From: the human T2T-CHM13v2.0 reference genome, Homo sapiens
Length of the DNA: 64,000 nt
Assembly (NCBI RefSeq): GCF_009914755.1
Contig: NC_060934.1
Direction: 5' to 3' (one strand)
Shown here: piece after piece, positions 1 through 15,113 of the stretch
Layout of the letters: each line of letters opens with the position of its first letter
How positions within the stretch are numbered: position 1 is the first letter of the stretch
The notes under the pieces: generated by a model
What the model was told of the DNA's origin: nothing
Seen by the model: the letters and a program-made list of their open reading frames with translations, nothing else
Database searches by the model: none
Made by a program: the position numbers and the translations under genes

Positions 1-576
1 CTATTTGTTAAATGCATTTGCAATATTCTGTTTGTGTTCTAAGAGGCAGTGCCTTATCAACATTTTATTCTATTTTTCTGTTAGAATTTATACAGTGTTA
101 TTATTTACAGCAAAACTATCGATGTTTTAAAAAAGAAACAAATAGTGTTTATACCCTGACAGTTTGGGTCCAAGAAAAATAAGGCGAGCTGTTGTAGATT
201 TAGTAATTTTAGTGTTTCTCTGTGATTTGATCATTCCATCTCCTTCTGTCCCTTCTGATGGCAAGAATTTCTTCCTTTTGTAAATGACACCAAATTACTT
301 GAGATAAACTGTTAACAGCATGGCTTCTTGTATATACACTGCATTGCTAATTGCACACGCGCCAATCCGGAAATGAAAGTGATTTCCATGCTCTGTAAAT
401 TGGCTCATGCTAAATTAAAATGTGGGTGGTTTTCTTTTCTTTTCTTTTTGCATAAAAAAAATCATGCCATTAATGTGTGGAAGCAGCGAACACACACACA
501 CTTCTCGGTGAATTTTTACTTCCTGCTGACATTTCTTCCACGAATTTCTCAATACTGGCAGTAAAAACTTATGATC
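1..576 (-). other. ANK3: ANK3 terminal exon (3'UTR), continues past window start
   Basis: Minus-strand acceptor tctctttccacag|GATCAT (AG at 577-578); lies downstream of the stop-codon exon; repeat-free AT-rich sequence with UTR motifs. Confidence 0.85.
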
Positions 577-658
577 CTGTGGAAAGAGACAGTAGATAGT
601 GAGTTTAGCTTTCTTTTTCTTTTTCTTTTTTTTTTTTTTTTTTTTTTAAGACAACTAG

Positions 659-1596
<938 letters not shown>

Positions 1597-2930
1597 GTTT
1601 TAGACTGTGTTGGGAAGACCCTCTTCTAGTTCTGTCTGAAGCTCAGGTTATTCAGCTGCTTGGGGAAGCCATTTGTAGCCCTTTGGGCCTTAGTCTTATC
1701 TGTGAAATGAGGTGGCTGAGAGAGGTAATCTCTGAGACTTCCCTAAATATCAAAATGTAAGAAGTTTGGGACTTCCATGAGCAGAAAGGGCCAGAGATAA
1801 GGAGTCAGGATAGAGCATCTCAGCTATTTCTGAATGCTTTGTAAGTCTCTCACTTCTCCAAAAATTCAACTAATCTTTCAAAAGGAAGAAAAGCGTCATT
1901 ACTTCATTACAATGAAATTTCTTTTCCATAACCAAATTAAAATTAGAGACAAACTTCTACCACTGCAAAGAACTTTCGCTTTTCCTGTCCATGTCAGTCA
2001 TAATGGGATGAATTAATTTTATTTGAGCTTTTTAGTGGAGGCTCCACTGAGAATGTCTTGTCTTGCTGGAAGATTCCTGCATAAAGCATCTGTGTTTTAT
2101 AACCAGTCTTACTGTGTCAAAATAAATCATTCTTTGGCAGAGGTTTTCATACTTTTGTGTGCTATTGTGGTATGAATTTGCCTTTTCCATAAAACAAAGT
2201 TCTTCCCATATATTGTCTCTCCTCCTTGTTTAGTGTGAAAAGCTGACAAACTTGCATGCCTACCTGCCTGAGAACAAGATACAGCTCCTATAGAAATCCT
2301 GAGTAAGGCAAGAACAATTTTAAGAATAACCCTGCTCACTCCCATATAAACAACAGACTATATTTGCAGATCTAGGACAACCTTTAGAATTCGACTTCTC
2401 TTGGGGCCCAGGAGTTCCAGTGACCTTGAAGATGTTTACTTACCTCAGACAAGTATCTTCCTCTTTAGATGGGTCACCTAGGACAGCCTGGCTTATGGAA
2501 ACATGTTGGTAGAGCACTTCCTCTCTCTGCCCCCCTACAGGACCTGGCTTCCTTTTTAGTATTAAAAGTGCTACTGACCTCCATGCCCCAGGTCACTAAT
2601 GCTTGGAGCCAAGAACATGAAAGTATCAATTCCTCCTATGTGATTTCAACACCCCTCCCCTGTGACTCTGCTGAGGTTCCAAAGAAGGAAAGTGACTCAC
2701 TTGGGTAGATCATCTTGCAGAGGGTGGGCAAATCAGAAGATGATGATCAGGATTTTCTCACCTGTTTTTATCATTTAATCCTAATCTTGTAGGCACCAGG
2801 CTTCTTAGATGGTCCTATGATAATGTTACTACAGTCTCACTCCCTGCTTTCTCTAAACCCCTCCCCCTGACTTTTTGAAGCTTGATATATAATTTGTATA
2901 TCATACTTCAGCTATTATAAATACACAGCT

Positions 2931-3295
<365 letters not shown>

Positions 3296-3955
3296 TGATC
3301 ATCACTACTTTTCTCCATGTCTCCTAAAAACCAATCCAACTTCCCAGGTTAATTTCGTAATGAGTAGCAAGGCCTTTCTCTTCTCACCTCAATCCAAGCA
3401 AATGTTATCTTTCTGGATATATTGGATATGTTTCTATCATTTAAAAAAATGCTGTGAATTATGCCCACTTATATTCCAGTGAGGATGTTTTGGGTGATTT
3501 TTTTTAAGTGGGAGTTAGTTCCTCTTATAACTTTTTCTTTTCTTGGTTATGCAATCAGAGCCTGTTGGTCCCAACCACACTGGGTACAGGAAGGTCATTC
3601 ATTGGACAAAAGACTTTACACCAAGTACAATGTTGCATAAAAAGCATGAGAACCTTGGCTAAGTGACTGTGTACTTGCTATAAAAATATTGACACTTGGT
3701 ATAAACTGTGATGACAGCGCCATCTGATGGGAAGGTGTGAGGGCAGAAGCCATCAAGATGACATTTCAGAAATAGAATTTTGACTCATCTCCCTTTTCTG
3801 GTTTAGATAATGGATATGAGATAGATGCAGTTGCACTTAGGAATCTGTCTTGCTTTGGGTTTTGTATGCCTTTCAAACCTAAAGGTGGGAGAAACTAAAT
3901 CAGAAAACCAATCATTCCTTTTAGCCATTTCACTGTATTTTTAAGAAACATTTTA

Positions 3956-4312
<357 letters not shown>

Positions 4313-4579
4313 TCATTGGATTTTCATGGCAGCTGATACTTTACAGTTAAATATGTACTGCATACATCACATCTTCAAGTCAGGAGCATGCTCTGGTACA
4401 GAACTGACTTGTTTTTTATAGGCGAATGGACATACCTGTGGATTTTAGACCCTAATGCCTAGCTTTAAAAAGGGTCTCCTATCTTTAGTTTGGCATCTGA
4501 AGCTCTCTGGTCCAGCCCAGTGAACCTTTTTTAGGCTTAATTCCCACTGTCCCTCACTGAAAAGCTGTTTTGCAATCTC

Positions 4580-5232
<653 letters not shown>

Positions 5233-6015
5233 ATCTAGATTACATGCCAGGTATCAACTACAAATTGTTTTCCAACTTCATTGTCTTTGCTCATGATTTT
5301 GTATCCACCTATACTTGCCTTCTCTGATTATCATCTGTGGCTAATTCCTCTTCTACCCTTCAAATTTGTTTCAAATGCCACCTCCTTGAAAGTTCAGATT
5401 TCTTTCCCTAATGAAATCCACCTTTGTAGTTCAACTCTTACTCATCTTTAAGACTTAGCTGTGTCATGGCTTAAGGAAAGCCTGAGCCCACTGAGGACAA
5501 AGAGGTCTTTACTCTAGTTCTTTGTTTCTCTCCCTACCCACCTCTCTCTTTCCCTTCTTTTCTCTTTTTCCTTCTCTGTAGTTACAGAAATCATGGACTA
5601 AGACTTTTTTCTAAACATTAATTTTAATTACTTTATGTAACTAAAATACACTACAGTGCAGTTTTAAAGTAATTCCCAATTCAGGTAGCTTTGTTTCTTC
5701 ACTAATACCAATAAGTAGGGCTTTTTTGATTGTTCTTTTCTGTTCACTTGTGATTAAAAAGTATCTTAAGTCAAAGGGCTGGAAAAAAAAATACTGGAAA
5801 ACTGTTCATTCGTGTTTTAGCAGTGAAAGAAAAACCTAACAGTAATAAAATTTTATTACTGTTATTATTTTTATTAGGTAAAGATATTTATTCTAAACTG
5901 TTCTAAAGTGGATTAGCTAATTTAATCCGAATAACCCTGAGGTACTATTATTTTTTCCATTTTGTAGATAAATAAAAGCTTTGTGGCTCTATTTTCTTAT
6001 TTATTTTTTAATTAA

Positions 6016-6313
<298 letters not shown>

Positions 6314-6468
6314 AAAAAGAGAGCCACAAAGCTTTTAAATAGTGAGCTCAAGGTTACACAGCTAATATATAGTGGAGCCAGAACTGGAAATCAAGCCACC
6401 TGCCTCTAGCTCTTATCTTGAAGCCAAGGCTTTTGTTAACAGGAATTTTTTAAGGGTAAGAAAAAAAA

Positions 6469-6610
6469 GGCGGGGTGCGGTGGCTCACACCTATAATCCC
6501 AGCACTTTGGGATGCTGAGGCAGGCAGATTACCTGAGGTCGGGAGTTTGAGACCAGCCTGACCAACATGGAGAAACCCCATCGCTACTAAAAATACAAAA
6601 TTAGCTGGGC
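6469..6610 (+). mobile_element. Truncated Alu (left monomer)
   Basis: Consensus stops at aaaatacaaaattagctgggc. Confidence 0.9.
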
Positions 6611-7180
6611 TAATTTTATTTCTTAAAATAAAAAATATTATATATTTTTAAGAAAAATAAAAAATACATAATATAAAAACATATTTACTCTATATGAATT
6701 CCGGTAAAATATTCTGGAGGGCAGGGTCCTGAATTTGTAGTGAAGCAATTCAGCCCATAGCTCTGACTTCTGAGAATCAGAATCAGGAAATCCAGACCTG
6801 TCATTAACTGCACTCAGCCTTAGAGATTTTGCTCTCTCTTTGTCACTGTTCATTGCTTAGTAAAGAGGAATAAGGATACCTGTTGTACTAACTTCCTAGG
6901 GCTACTGTGAAAAACAAGTGATGTGAAATAGTGGAAACTTTTCTGAAGTGTAAACCACCATCACATGCAGAGGATTTCAGACACTGCTGTTCTCACTTCT
7001 CCCACTGTTATATTCTAGCCATCACTGGCTGCTGCTGCTTAGTCCACCAGCCTCTGTAATCCAAAGCTCTTCAAGGTTCTATTCTTGGTTTTTTTAATAC
7101 TAGTAGCAATAGCTGACGCTTATTGAGTGCTTACTAAGGAGGGTCATGGTTGGAGCTCTGCGGAAGAGAGAGGTCAGAGG

Positions 7181-7183
<3 letters not shown>

Positions 7184-7220
<37 letters not shown>

Positions 7221-7501
7221 AGACGGAGTCTTGCTCTGTCGCCCAGGCTGGAGTGCAGTGGCAAGATCTAGGCTCACTGAAAGCTCCACCTCCCAGGTTC
7301 ACGCCATTCTCCTGCCTCAGCCTCCCAAGTACCTGGGACTACAGGTGCCCGCCACCACACCTGGCTAGTCTTTTTGTATTTTTACTAGAGACAGGGTTTC
7401 ACCGTGTTAGCCAGGATGGTCTACATCTCCTGACTTCGTGATCTGCCTGCCTCGGCCTCCTAAAGTGCTGGGAATACAGGCGTGAGCCACTGCATCTGGC
7501 T
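7184..7501 (-). mobile_element. Alu (AluY-like)
   Basis: T36 run plus Alu consensus with caccgtgttagccaggatgg. Confidence 0.95.
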
Positions 7502-8108
7502 GAGGAAATTTTTTTAAACTCTGAAATGTTGCTTTTGAGGACTCAACTTTTGAGCCCCTTCTTGGCTTACTTCAGTTTTCTCCCTAGGTAATCACATCTG
7601 TTCACTGGTATTCAATACCCATTTCTTTTGTGATGATTCCCACATTTTTATATGCACAGCCCCAACTTTTCCTCAGAGCTTCGGACTTGCATATGTAACA
7701 TAAATACTTGGATGTCTCATAGCATTTCAAACCCAAGTCCAAGCCTGAATGCCTGTCATTCTTCTTAAAACTCATTCCTCTTCCACTTCTGCTTCTTTCT
7801 CTATCATCCAGTTGCTTATGCCAGAAATCTAGGAGTCATTTTTGACTCAATGATTCTTCTCCACTCTACCCACCATGCTAATCTATCAAGTGCTGTCAAT
7901 CTTCCCAGCTGAAGCCACCATTATGGCTTAGTTGAACTGAAGCAATAAGTTCCTAACTGGTTACCTTCATTTTATTCTTGTCCCCCTATCCATTCTCTAG
8001 ATAGTCCGTGCTCTTGTGTTTTTTTTAAAGAGGGAAAAAAGACCAAGTTAGGTCCTTGCTTAAAATCCTTCAGAGGCTTCGAATTCCTCTAAACATGCAC
8101 ACAAACAA

Positions 8109-9397
8109 TTATTTTATTAAGTTCAAGGGTACATGTGCAGGTTTGTTACACATTATTTTGCCACCCAGGTACTAAGCCTAGTACCCAATAGTTACTTTTT
8201 CCTCTCCTCTCCCCTCTCACCCTCAAGTAGATCCCAGTGTCTGTTTTTTCCCTTTTTGTGTCCATGTGTTCTCATCATTTAGCTTCCACTAAATGAGAAC
8301 ATATGGTATTTGGTTTTCTGTTCCTATGTTAGTTTGCTAAGGATAATGGTCTCTATCTATGTTCCGTTCCTGCAAAGGACATGCTCTCACTCTTTTTTTT
8401 ATACCTGCATAGTATTCCATGGTGTATGTGTGTGTACATTTTCTTTATCCAGTCTACCATTGATGGGCATTTAGGTTGATTCCATTCTTTGCTATTGTGA
8501 ATAGTGCTGCAGTGAACATACATGTGCAAGTGCCTTTGTGATAGAACAATTTATATTCCTTTGGTTTATACACCCAATAATGGGATTGCTGGGTTGAACG
8601 GTCGTTCTGTTTTTAGCTCTTTGAGGAATTGCCACACCACTTTCCATAATGGTTGAACTAATTTGCACTCCCACCAACAGTGTATAAATGTTTCCTTTTC
8701 TCCACAACCTTGCCAGCACCTGTTATTTTTTGAGTTTTTAATAATAGCCATTCTGACTGGTGTGACATGGTATCTCATTGTGGTTTTAATGTGCAATTCT
8801 CTAATGAACAGTGATGCTGAACTTTTATTCATATGCTTGTTGGCCACATGCCTGTCTTCTTTTGAAAAGTGTCTGTGCGTGGCTGGGCACAGTGGCTCAC
8901 GCCCGTAATTCAAGCACTTTGGGAGGCCAAGGTGAGTGGATCACTTGAGGTCAGGAGTTTGAGACCACCCTGGCCAACATGGTGAAACCCCGTCTCTACT
9001 AAAAATACAAAAATTAGCGGGGCATGGTAGCATGTGCCTGTAATCCCAGTTACTCAGAAGGTTGGGGCATGAGAATTGCTTGAACCCAGGAGGCAGAGGT
9101 TGCAATGAGCCGATATTGTGCTACTGCACTCCAGCCTGGGCAACAGGTGAGACTGTCTCAAAAATAAAAGAAGAAACAAAAAGTGTCTGTTCATGTTCTT
9201 TGCCCACTTGTTAATGGGGTGGGTGGTTTTTTGCTTGTAAAAAGCAAAAATTGACAAACTGGACCTAATTAAGGAGCTTCTACACAGCAAAAGAAACTAT
9301 CAACAGAATAAAGAGATAACCTACATAATGGGAGAAAATATTTGCAAACTATGTATCTGACAAAAGTCTAACATCGAGCATCTATAAGGAATTTAAA
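8109..9397 (-). mobile_element. L1 3' fragment (L1PA/PB-like) with 5' inversion and an internal Alu
   Basis: ORF2 C-terminal-like peptide ([19 protein letters not shown]...[13 protein letters not shown]) on minus; segment 9241-9397 in the opposite orientation. Confidence 0.9.
8881..9175 (+). mobile_element. Alu inserted into L1
   Basis: Alu consensus; TSD aaaagtgtctgt. Confidence 0.95.
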
Positions 9398-10369
9398 TTC
9401 CCTTTAGAATGAAATCTAAATCCTTTCCTCTGGCCTACAGGGCTCTGAATGATGGTGTGTGTGTGTGTGTTTTAATGTTATCTTGTGCCTATCTTACCTA
9501 CCACCAGCTCACCTAACATATTTGAAGAAATGAAAGATCACACACCAATCTTACATATTTGAAGAAATGAAAGATCATGCACTGATCTATCATTTCTTCA
9601 ACTATGTTAGGCCTTTTCCCACCTCAGGGTGCTTGCACATGTTGTACCCTTTGCTTGGGGTCCTCTTCTTCTCCATTATTTTCATAATTGGTGCCACTGA
9701 TGAGGTCTTAGCTTAAATGTCATGATTTCAGAGAGACCTTCCCTAGCCCCAAAGTCTAAGTACATTCTTACATTCTTTCATTGGATCCTGGACTTTGTAT
9801 TTTCAGTGTTTAAACATTTGTCCCATTTCTTTTTCCCATTGCAGACTGGGAGATCCAGAAAGACAGGGACCATGAAGCATTTATTCACTATTGTATATCT
9901 AGTCCTTCCACTTTAAGCCAGGCAGATGGCCAAATATTCTTTGAAGAAATAAATGAAATGGGTTAACTTTTTGGCCTCAGGTAAAGGGCTGCCTTGACAA
10001 GCATGGGCACTCTTGCCACTCTTGGCTTACACATGGCTGTGAGAACCTGAGCATTTTCCTAGAGGAGGTTTAGAATACAGTATGTGTCATGCAAGTCTTT
10101 GCCATGGCTTAAATGACCTTTTATCTGGGGATCTTCCCTTGCCATGACCTCACAAATCAGCCCCCTTTTTTGGTATTTGAAGTAAAAATCTAGAGATTTA
10201 GAAATGAAGTCTTGCTTTGTTTAAGAAAAAAGAATAAAAAACTATGAGTCCTTTCACTGTGTAGAGTAAGAAGAAATTTACGACAGGTTGCTTTTGTGCT
10301 TGTATTTGATTCAGAATTTGCTTTTGGGTCTTTAATGATCAAATACTATTTATTAATATAAGTAGTAGT

Positions 10370-10860
10370 TAAGATCTATGTTCTAGATAAGTTCAAATTT
10401 TATTCTTTTGCTCCCTAGCTGTAGTACCTTGAGTAAATCATTTAAGTTTTCTGAACCTCAGTTTCCCTATTTTTTTAAAAAAGGGGTTGGGGGATAGTTG
10501 TATTTACCTTATAGCATTGTTTTGGGGATTTCCTAAGGTTATATATATAATTATTTACCTAGTGCCTGCCACATAGCAATCATTTCACAGAAGATGATTG
10601 TTATTATTCTTTGTAAATAATTTTAGAGAGATAGCTTAGTGTAACAGAACATTAGGCTGAGAATCAATAATCTTGACTTCAAGTCTTAGCTATACCAGTC
10701 ATAAACTGTGTGAAGGCAGAAACATCATTTGAGCTGTCCGAGCCTTAATATCCTCATCTGTAAAAGGTCACAAGCAAAATTGCCTGACTTGCCTTAAGGC
10801 TTGTTGGAAGGATTAAATAAGACAAAAATGTAAAAGTACTTTGTAAACTATAAATCACTA
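10370..10860. mobile_element. MIR remnants (two)
   Basis: Core-like ctgaacctcagtttcc and ctcatctgtaaaa motifs. Confidence 0.55.
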
Positions 10861-12189
10861 TATACTATGTACAAATCTTGAAAGTCATTGGCTTTTCTCT
10901 TTAAAAATAGGATGGCTATGACTCAATATTAAAGAAAAGCAGGGGCAGAGTTCAGATAGCTCAAAATTCAACTGCTTCTAAAATGGGAAATACAAATTTT
11001 GATGTTACCATCTAAGACTCAGTCATATTTGGCAGCATTCTACTTGCTTAGTTTTCTTTTTTTTTTTTTAAAGAGGCAGCCAGCATGACTATAAAAACTC
11101 TCAATATATTTGCAAATTGATTTTTCCGGAGCACATACATTCAGTCTCCTGGAATTCCAGGCAGTATTCTTGGACTCATTCCCTAAGTTCACTTACGGAA
11201 GGTAAACACTACCTGGAAAGTAAAATTAGGCTTGTCAAGTCACTGTTCTTTCAATCTGACACATTGTTTGCTTTAGCTGAAGTTATTTTCACATTCATAT
11301 GAATCTACCCAACGTTCTCTCTCCTTTGAGTGGTGCAGCAAGTGAGTCTGACAACTTCTTTATAGGATGATTATTTAAAATTTTAAAACTTTCTTTATAT
11401 TTAGTGAGCAAGCTGTTTTTAAATCAACACAGTCTAAAGGACCCTGGAAGCATAGCACTGTCATATTTTTTGGTGTCATTTATTCACAGGTATTAGGAAT
11501 ATGTCATTGTAGAAAATGGCTCAGCTGGTGTAGGTAACCCTTTTGGTTCTTTTCCACTAGGAGCCTGAGAATATGATTGAACAAGCTGCTAAACTTTAGG
11601 GGCATACTACAGATGACTGACCTCTTTTCTACTTTCGTTTCATTTTTCACTTAGAATTGCATAAATAGACGAATTCAAGATAACAAACTCATGCTTAGTA
11701 TTTTGTGGATCTGCTATAGGGAGAAGTCTTTCACCAGGTTCAGCAGTAGGACATGCATAGGAGTGGGTTCATTCTAGCTACTGCTACATTGATGTCATCC
11801 TTCATTTTCTCATCTTGGATCCTTCTCATCCAATAAAAACCAAGTTGTGTTGAAATTTTTTTATTTAGCCATCCTCACTGCCAAGCTAGCTTCTGCAATA
11901 GTCTCTCAACAGGTTTTCTGTTCATCCACCAGTGCCCCTTCCAATTCATTAACAACTACCCTGCATTTAGAGCGAGTGATGCAGAACATATAAACTGGAT
12001 CATACCACACTCTTGCCTAAAATCCCTCAGTGGTTTCCCACTGCTTTTCGGGTACAGCCCAGAATCCTTACAGGGATGACTGACTGCTACTCATTCTTTA
12101 AAATTCAGCTCAAACATCATATTCTCAAAGAAACCTTCCCCGTCACCTCTGACCCAGGTTAAGTCTCTGGCAAACAAGTGGACACTGGA

Positions 12190-12385
12190 GGCAGCTTGTT
12201 CGGGTTTGTATCCTAGTTCTGCCACTTTTTACTTATGTGAGCGTGGACAATTTATTTAACCACTTTGGGCCTGTTTCCTCATCTATCAAGTGGGGATGAT
12301 GAAGGCCTTATCCAAGAGGGTTGGCTGTGAGGATTGCCTGAAGAGCACGCATGAAACACTGGGAAGAGGATGTGTAGTAAACATT
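12190..12385 (+). mobile_element. MIR remnant
   Basis: cctagttctgccactt...gggcctgtttcctcatctat...gttggctgtgaggatt. Confidence 0.6.
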
Positions 12386-13455
12386 CTTTCCAGAATGCTC
12401 TGCAGTTCTTAGTGGTCTTCTCAATGCCATTAAATGGTCATGTGAGAAAGTCTCACAGAAAGAAATGAAGTAAATGTTATACTGAATAAACAAATGATAA
12501 GGCTTGCGGGGAGGGAGAATTGAGAACTTATCTGGGCCTTAGTTAGCTCACACATAAAATTACAGGCAGTGAAACTAGATTACTTCCCAGTTCCTTCCCT
12601 CAGCACTCTGCATACCAGTATCCTGGCAAGTAGGGAACAGCAGATGCATGAAAATGAAAACTAGAATCTGTTTGCTCTTTCTTACTACTTTAACCTGTGG
12701 GGCTAAGAAGACTGGCGGTGAACTGAAGAAGTGATTTTGCTTTACCTTACAGACTATAGAGGACTTTCTTTTTCACCCCATATGGCCTAATTGTAGCTAA
12801 GTAGAAATAAATAGGACAATGTAAAAGGAAAATAACGTGATCTGTAAAGAAAAGTCCAGGCAAATGTAAACAAAGCTCACTTACTAAACATTTAACTTAA
12901 AAAACAAACAACAGTGCCATTAACCTCCTATTTTTTCCTTTTGTTTCTATAAAACACCAGATAGATATGTCAGTCATTTAATTTAGACTTGGAAAGTCAC
13001 TTATTTCAACCAAAATGATATCCTCAGATGCCGTTCTGCTAAAATGGTGAAAGTCTGGATCAATAAAACTCTGAGTATAACTGTAAGAAGTATTCGTTGC
13101 CAAATAGTCTTCCTGTTAGATTGTATAAGGCTATTGTATTTCATAGTGAGCCTTTACTCTTATCACTATTTATATTTGCTTCTGCAAACATAATTTACAA
13201 TTAAATTGCTGCCTAATTTGTGAGGAGAAAGTTAATGGACTGTGAAACTGAAGTCAAGTTTCATTGTGTGTATATATGCAAACATCAACAGAACTTGAAC
13301 AACTTCGTATTTGATTTTCAAAGCTGAAATTCAGTGAAAAGGAAAGGAAGGGGAAAATCTGAATCACTTATTTAGTGAAATTTATAAGTTTCACAGGAAT
13401 TTAAGTCCTACTGTTGTTGATATGAACACACCTCACCTTGACTGACCGTTCGCTG

Positions 13456-13524
13456 TTACGAGTGGCTCTTCTTTTCCACATGCCGGATTTCTTTCTTCGT
13501 TTTCACCTTAAAACCTTCTCCCTG
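13456..13524 (-). CDS. ANK3: ANK3 last coding exon (exon 43; exon spans 13437-13524): (Q)GEGFKVKTKKEIRHVEKKSHS*
   Basis: NAGNAG acceptor tcaaag|CAG|GGA; TAA at 13456-13458; donor AAG|gtgagg after 13437; matches the ankyrin-G C-terminus. Confidence 0.95.
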   Translation of the reverse strand, partial: QGEGFKVKTKKEIRHVEKKSHS

Positions 13525-14838
13525 CTTTGAAAGGAGTGTACATATTAAGATTTCACTGTGAAACAGTTTTAGTTATAAAGCAGTCCCATTCTGATCCTTG
13601 GAGGCTGGATTAGGACAAGCGAAACAGTTTAAAGCATTTTGTCACTTCATGTCCAAAAATACGTACAATCTTTAGCTTAACCACACAGTTTAGCATCATC
13701 AAGCAAGCTAGAGAGCACTGTCAAAATGAATACCACATAATTGTACTTGACAATAATTCAGTAAGTTAGTGATAAATCAAAATAACGAGCAGCCTATCCA
13801 TTTCCTATAGTAAGCTAAAAGAAATCAGCACCACAGCTCATAAGGCAGCAGAATTGTAAACAATCTGTTGCAATGAGATTCAGACTTCTTAGTTAAGTAC
13901 TAATCCATGGAAATGCTGTTGATCTGAGGGACTTTTTTAAGTTAGTGGAATTGCCAATGACTTCCTCTTACTGTCAGACCAAGAAGGCATCTATTTTGCG
14001 TAAACAAATCCTCTCTTCACTGAGCATCAGGAATACAGTTCCCCGAGAGCAAGGTTGTGGCACAAATACTCAGTTTTTACCCAATTTTTAACAGAAAACA
14101 AATGAAGCCTTTTCAATTTTGTGATTTGTACTTCTGATAAATTTTCAGTTTACTTTTTCTAATGTAAACATTGTCTATTGAAGTTTCTATTTTTAAATTG
14201 AAAAGGGTAGAGATCTGAGAAACAAGTGAAAAATAACCAGAGATGTTTTCTCTGAGAGAAAGGGGTTGACTGGAGGGATTCTTTAACTGGCACATTGGAA
14301 ATGGGCTGTTATAAACCCAAAGAGGGGAACCCCCTCCTCAGACGAAGATGGAGGAATTCAGATTTCCCTGCAGAACATACTGGAAAGAGAAAATGTATGG
14401 ATCCGATGTGCAGATCTTGAACTGAGCCTTTTGCCATTCTAACTTTTAAAGCCTGTGCTTTTGGAGTGCTCTCCGCCCCTGTCCCAACAGACACTCTGCT
14501 GAAGGCCAAGCCCTGGGTGGGGCTGAAGCACTGCTCTGAGGTTTGGTGGTGAATGGTGAAGGTTTTATCTTCTTTCTCCCTCAAACTGGCACATTCTGTC
14601 CCCTATAAATGACCTTATCTTTGTGAAAACTCTGAAGACAGTTAAAAAAAAAAGTATGTAACAAAGAATGTTAGGAAGAAAAGTATTTTTCTTTGACCCT
14701 GATCAAATGCATAAGATGTCAAAAGCAGCAAACACTTCAAGCTGCCACACTGCAGATGCCAGCCTGTTAGCAGCAATTTCTAGGGAGTGCACAAAGCTTT
14801 TGTCCTCTACATTCTCTTTGGCAATCCCTCTCCATTAC

Positions 14839-14898
14839 CACATCATCACGTTTTCTCTCTTGTGGGATAACAATTCGTCTTAATACTTTCCGAGTGAT
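14839..14898 (-). CDS. ANK3: ANK3 cassette exon, 60 nt: ITRKVLRRIVIPQERKRDDV (muscle-type obscurin-binding insert)
   Basis: ttcctacag|ATC...GTG|gtaatg; phase 0/0; resembles the ANK1/ANK2 'I/V-RKV/II-RR' box. Confidence 0.85.
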
Positions 14899-15029
14899 CT
14901 GTAGGAAGTAATGGTGAAAAGTAGAGATTTTTCTGTTTTAGGAGATGACACTACAGCACAAAAGTAGCAGAGTTTTTAATGCAGAAAATCTAAATTCCAA
15001 GAGAAGCATGAAATCTGAATGATGATTAC

Positions 15030-15113
15030 TTTTCTGGTGATGAGGTTGCCTTCTTCATCAGTAAATTGTTCTTCTGTGACAGATTCACCAGGAATGTTTT
15101 TTGCTTCCTCTCC
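15030..15113 (-). CDS. ANK3: ANK3 cassette exon, 84 nt: [28 protein letters not shown]
   Basis: cctttag|GGA...AAA|gtaatc; phase 0/0; hallmark ankyrin obscurin-binding motif [12 protein letters not shown]. Confidence 0.92.

Larger units (their letters stand above)
7560..9900. mobile_element. Old L2-like remnant split by the L1 insertion
   Basis: L2-type phrases (ccagaaatctaggagtcat, cttaaaatccttcag, cttagcttaaatgtca) on both sides of the L1. Confidence 0.5.

Noticed and set aside
49-56. GTGCCTTA miR-124 8mer
   Set aside because: On the non-transcribed strand for ANK3.
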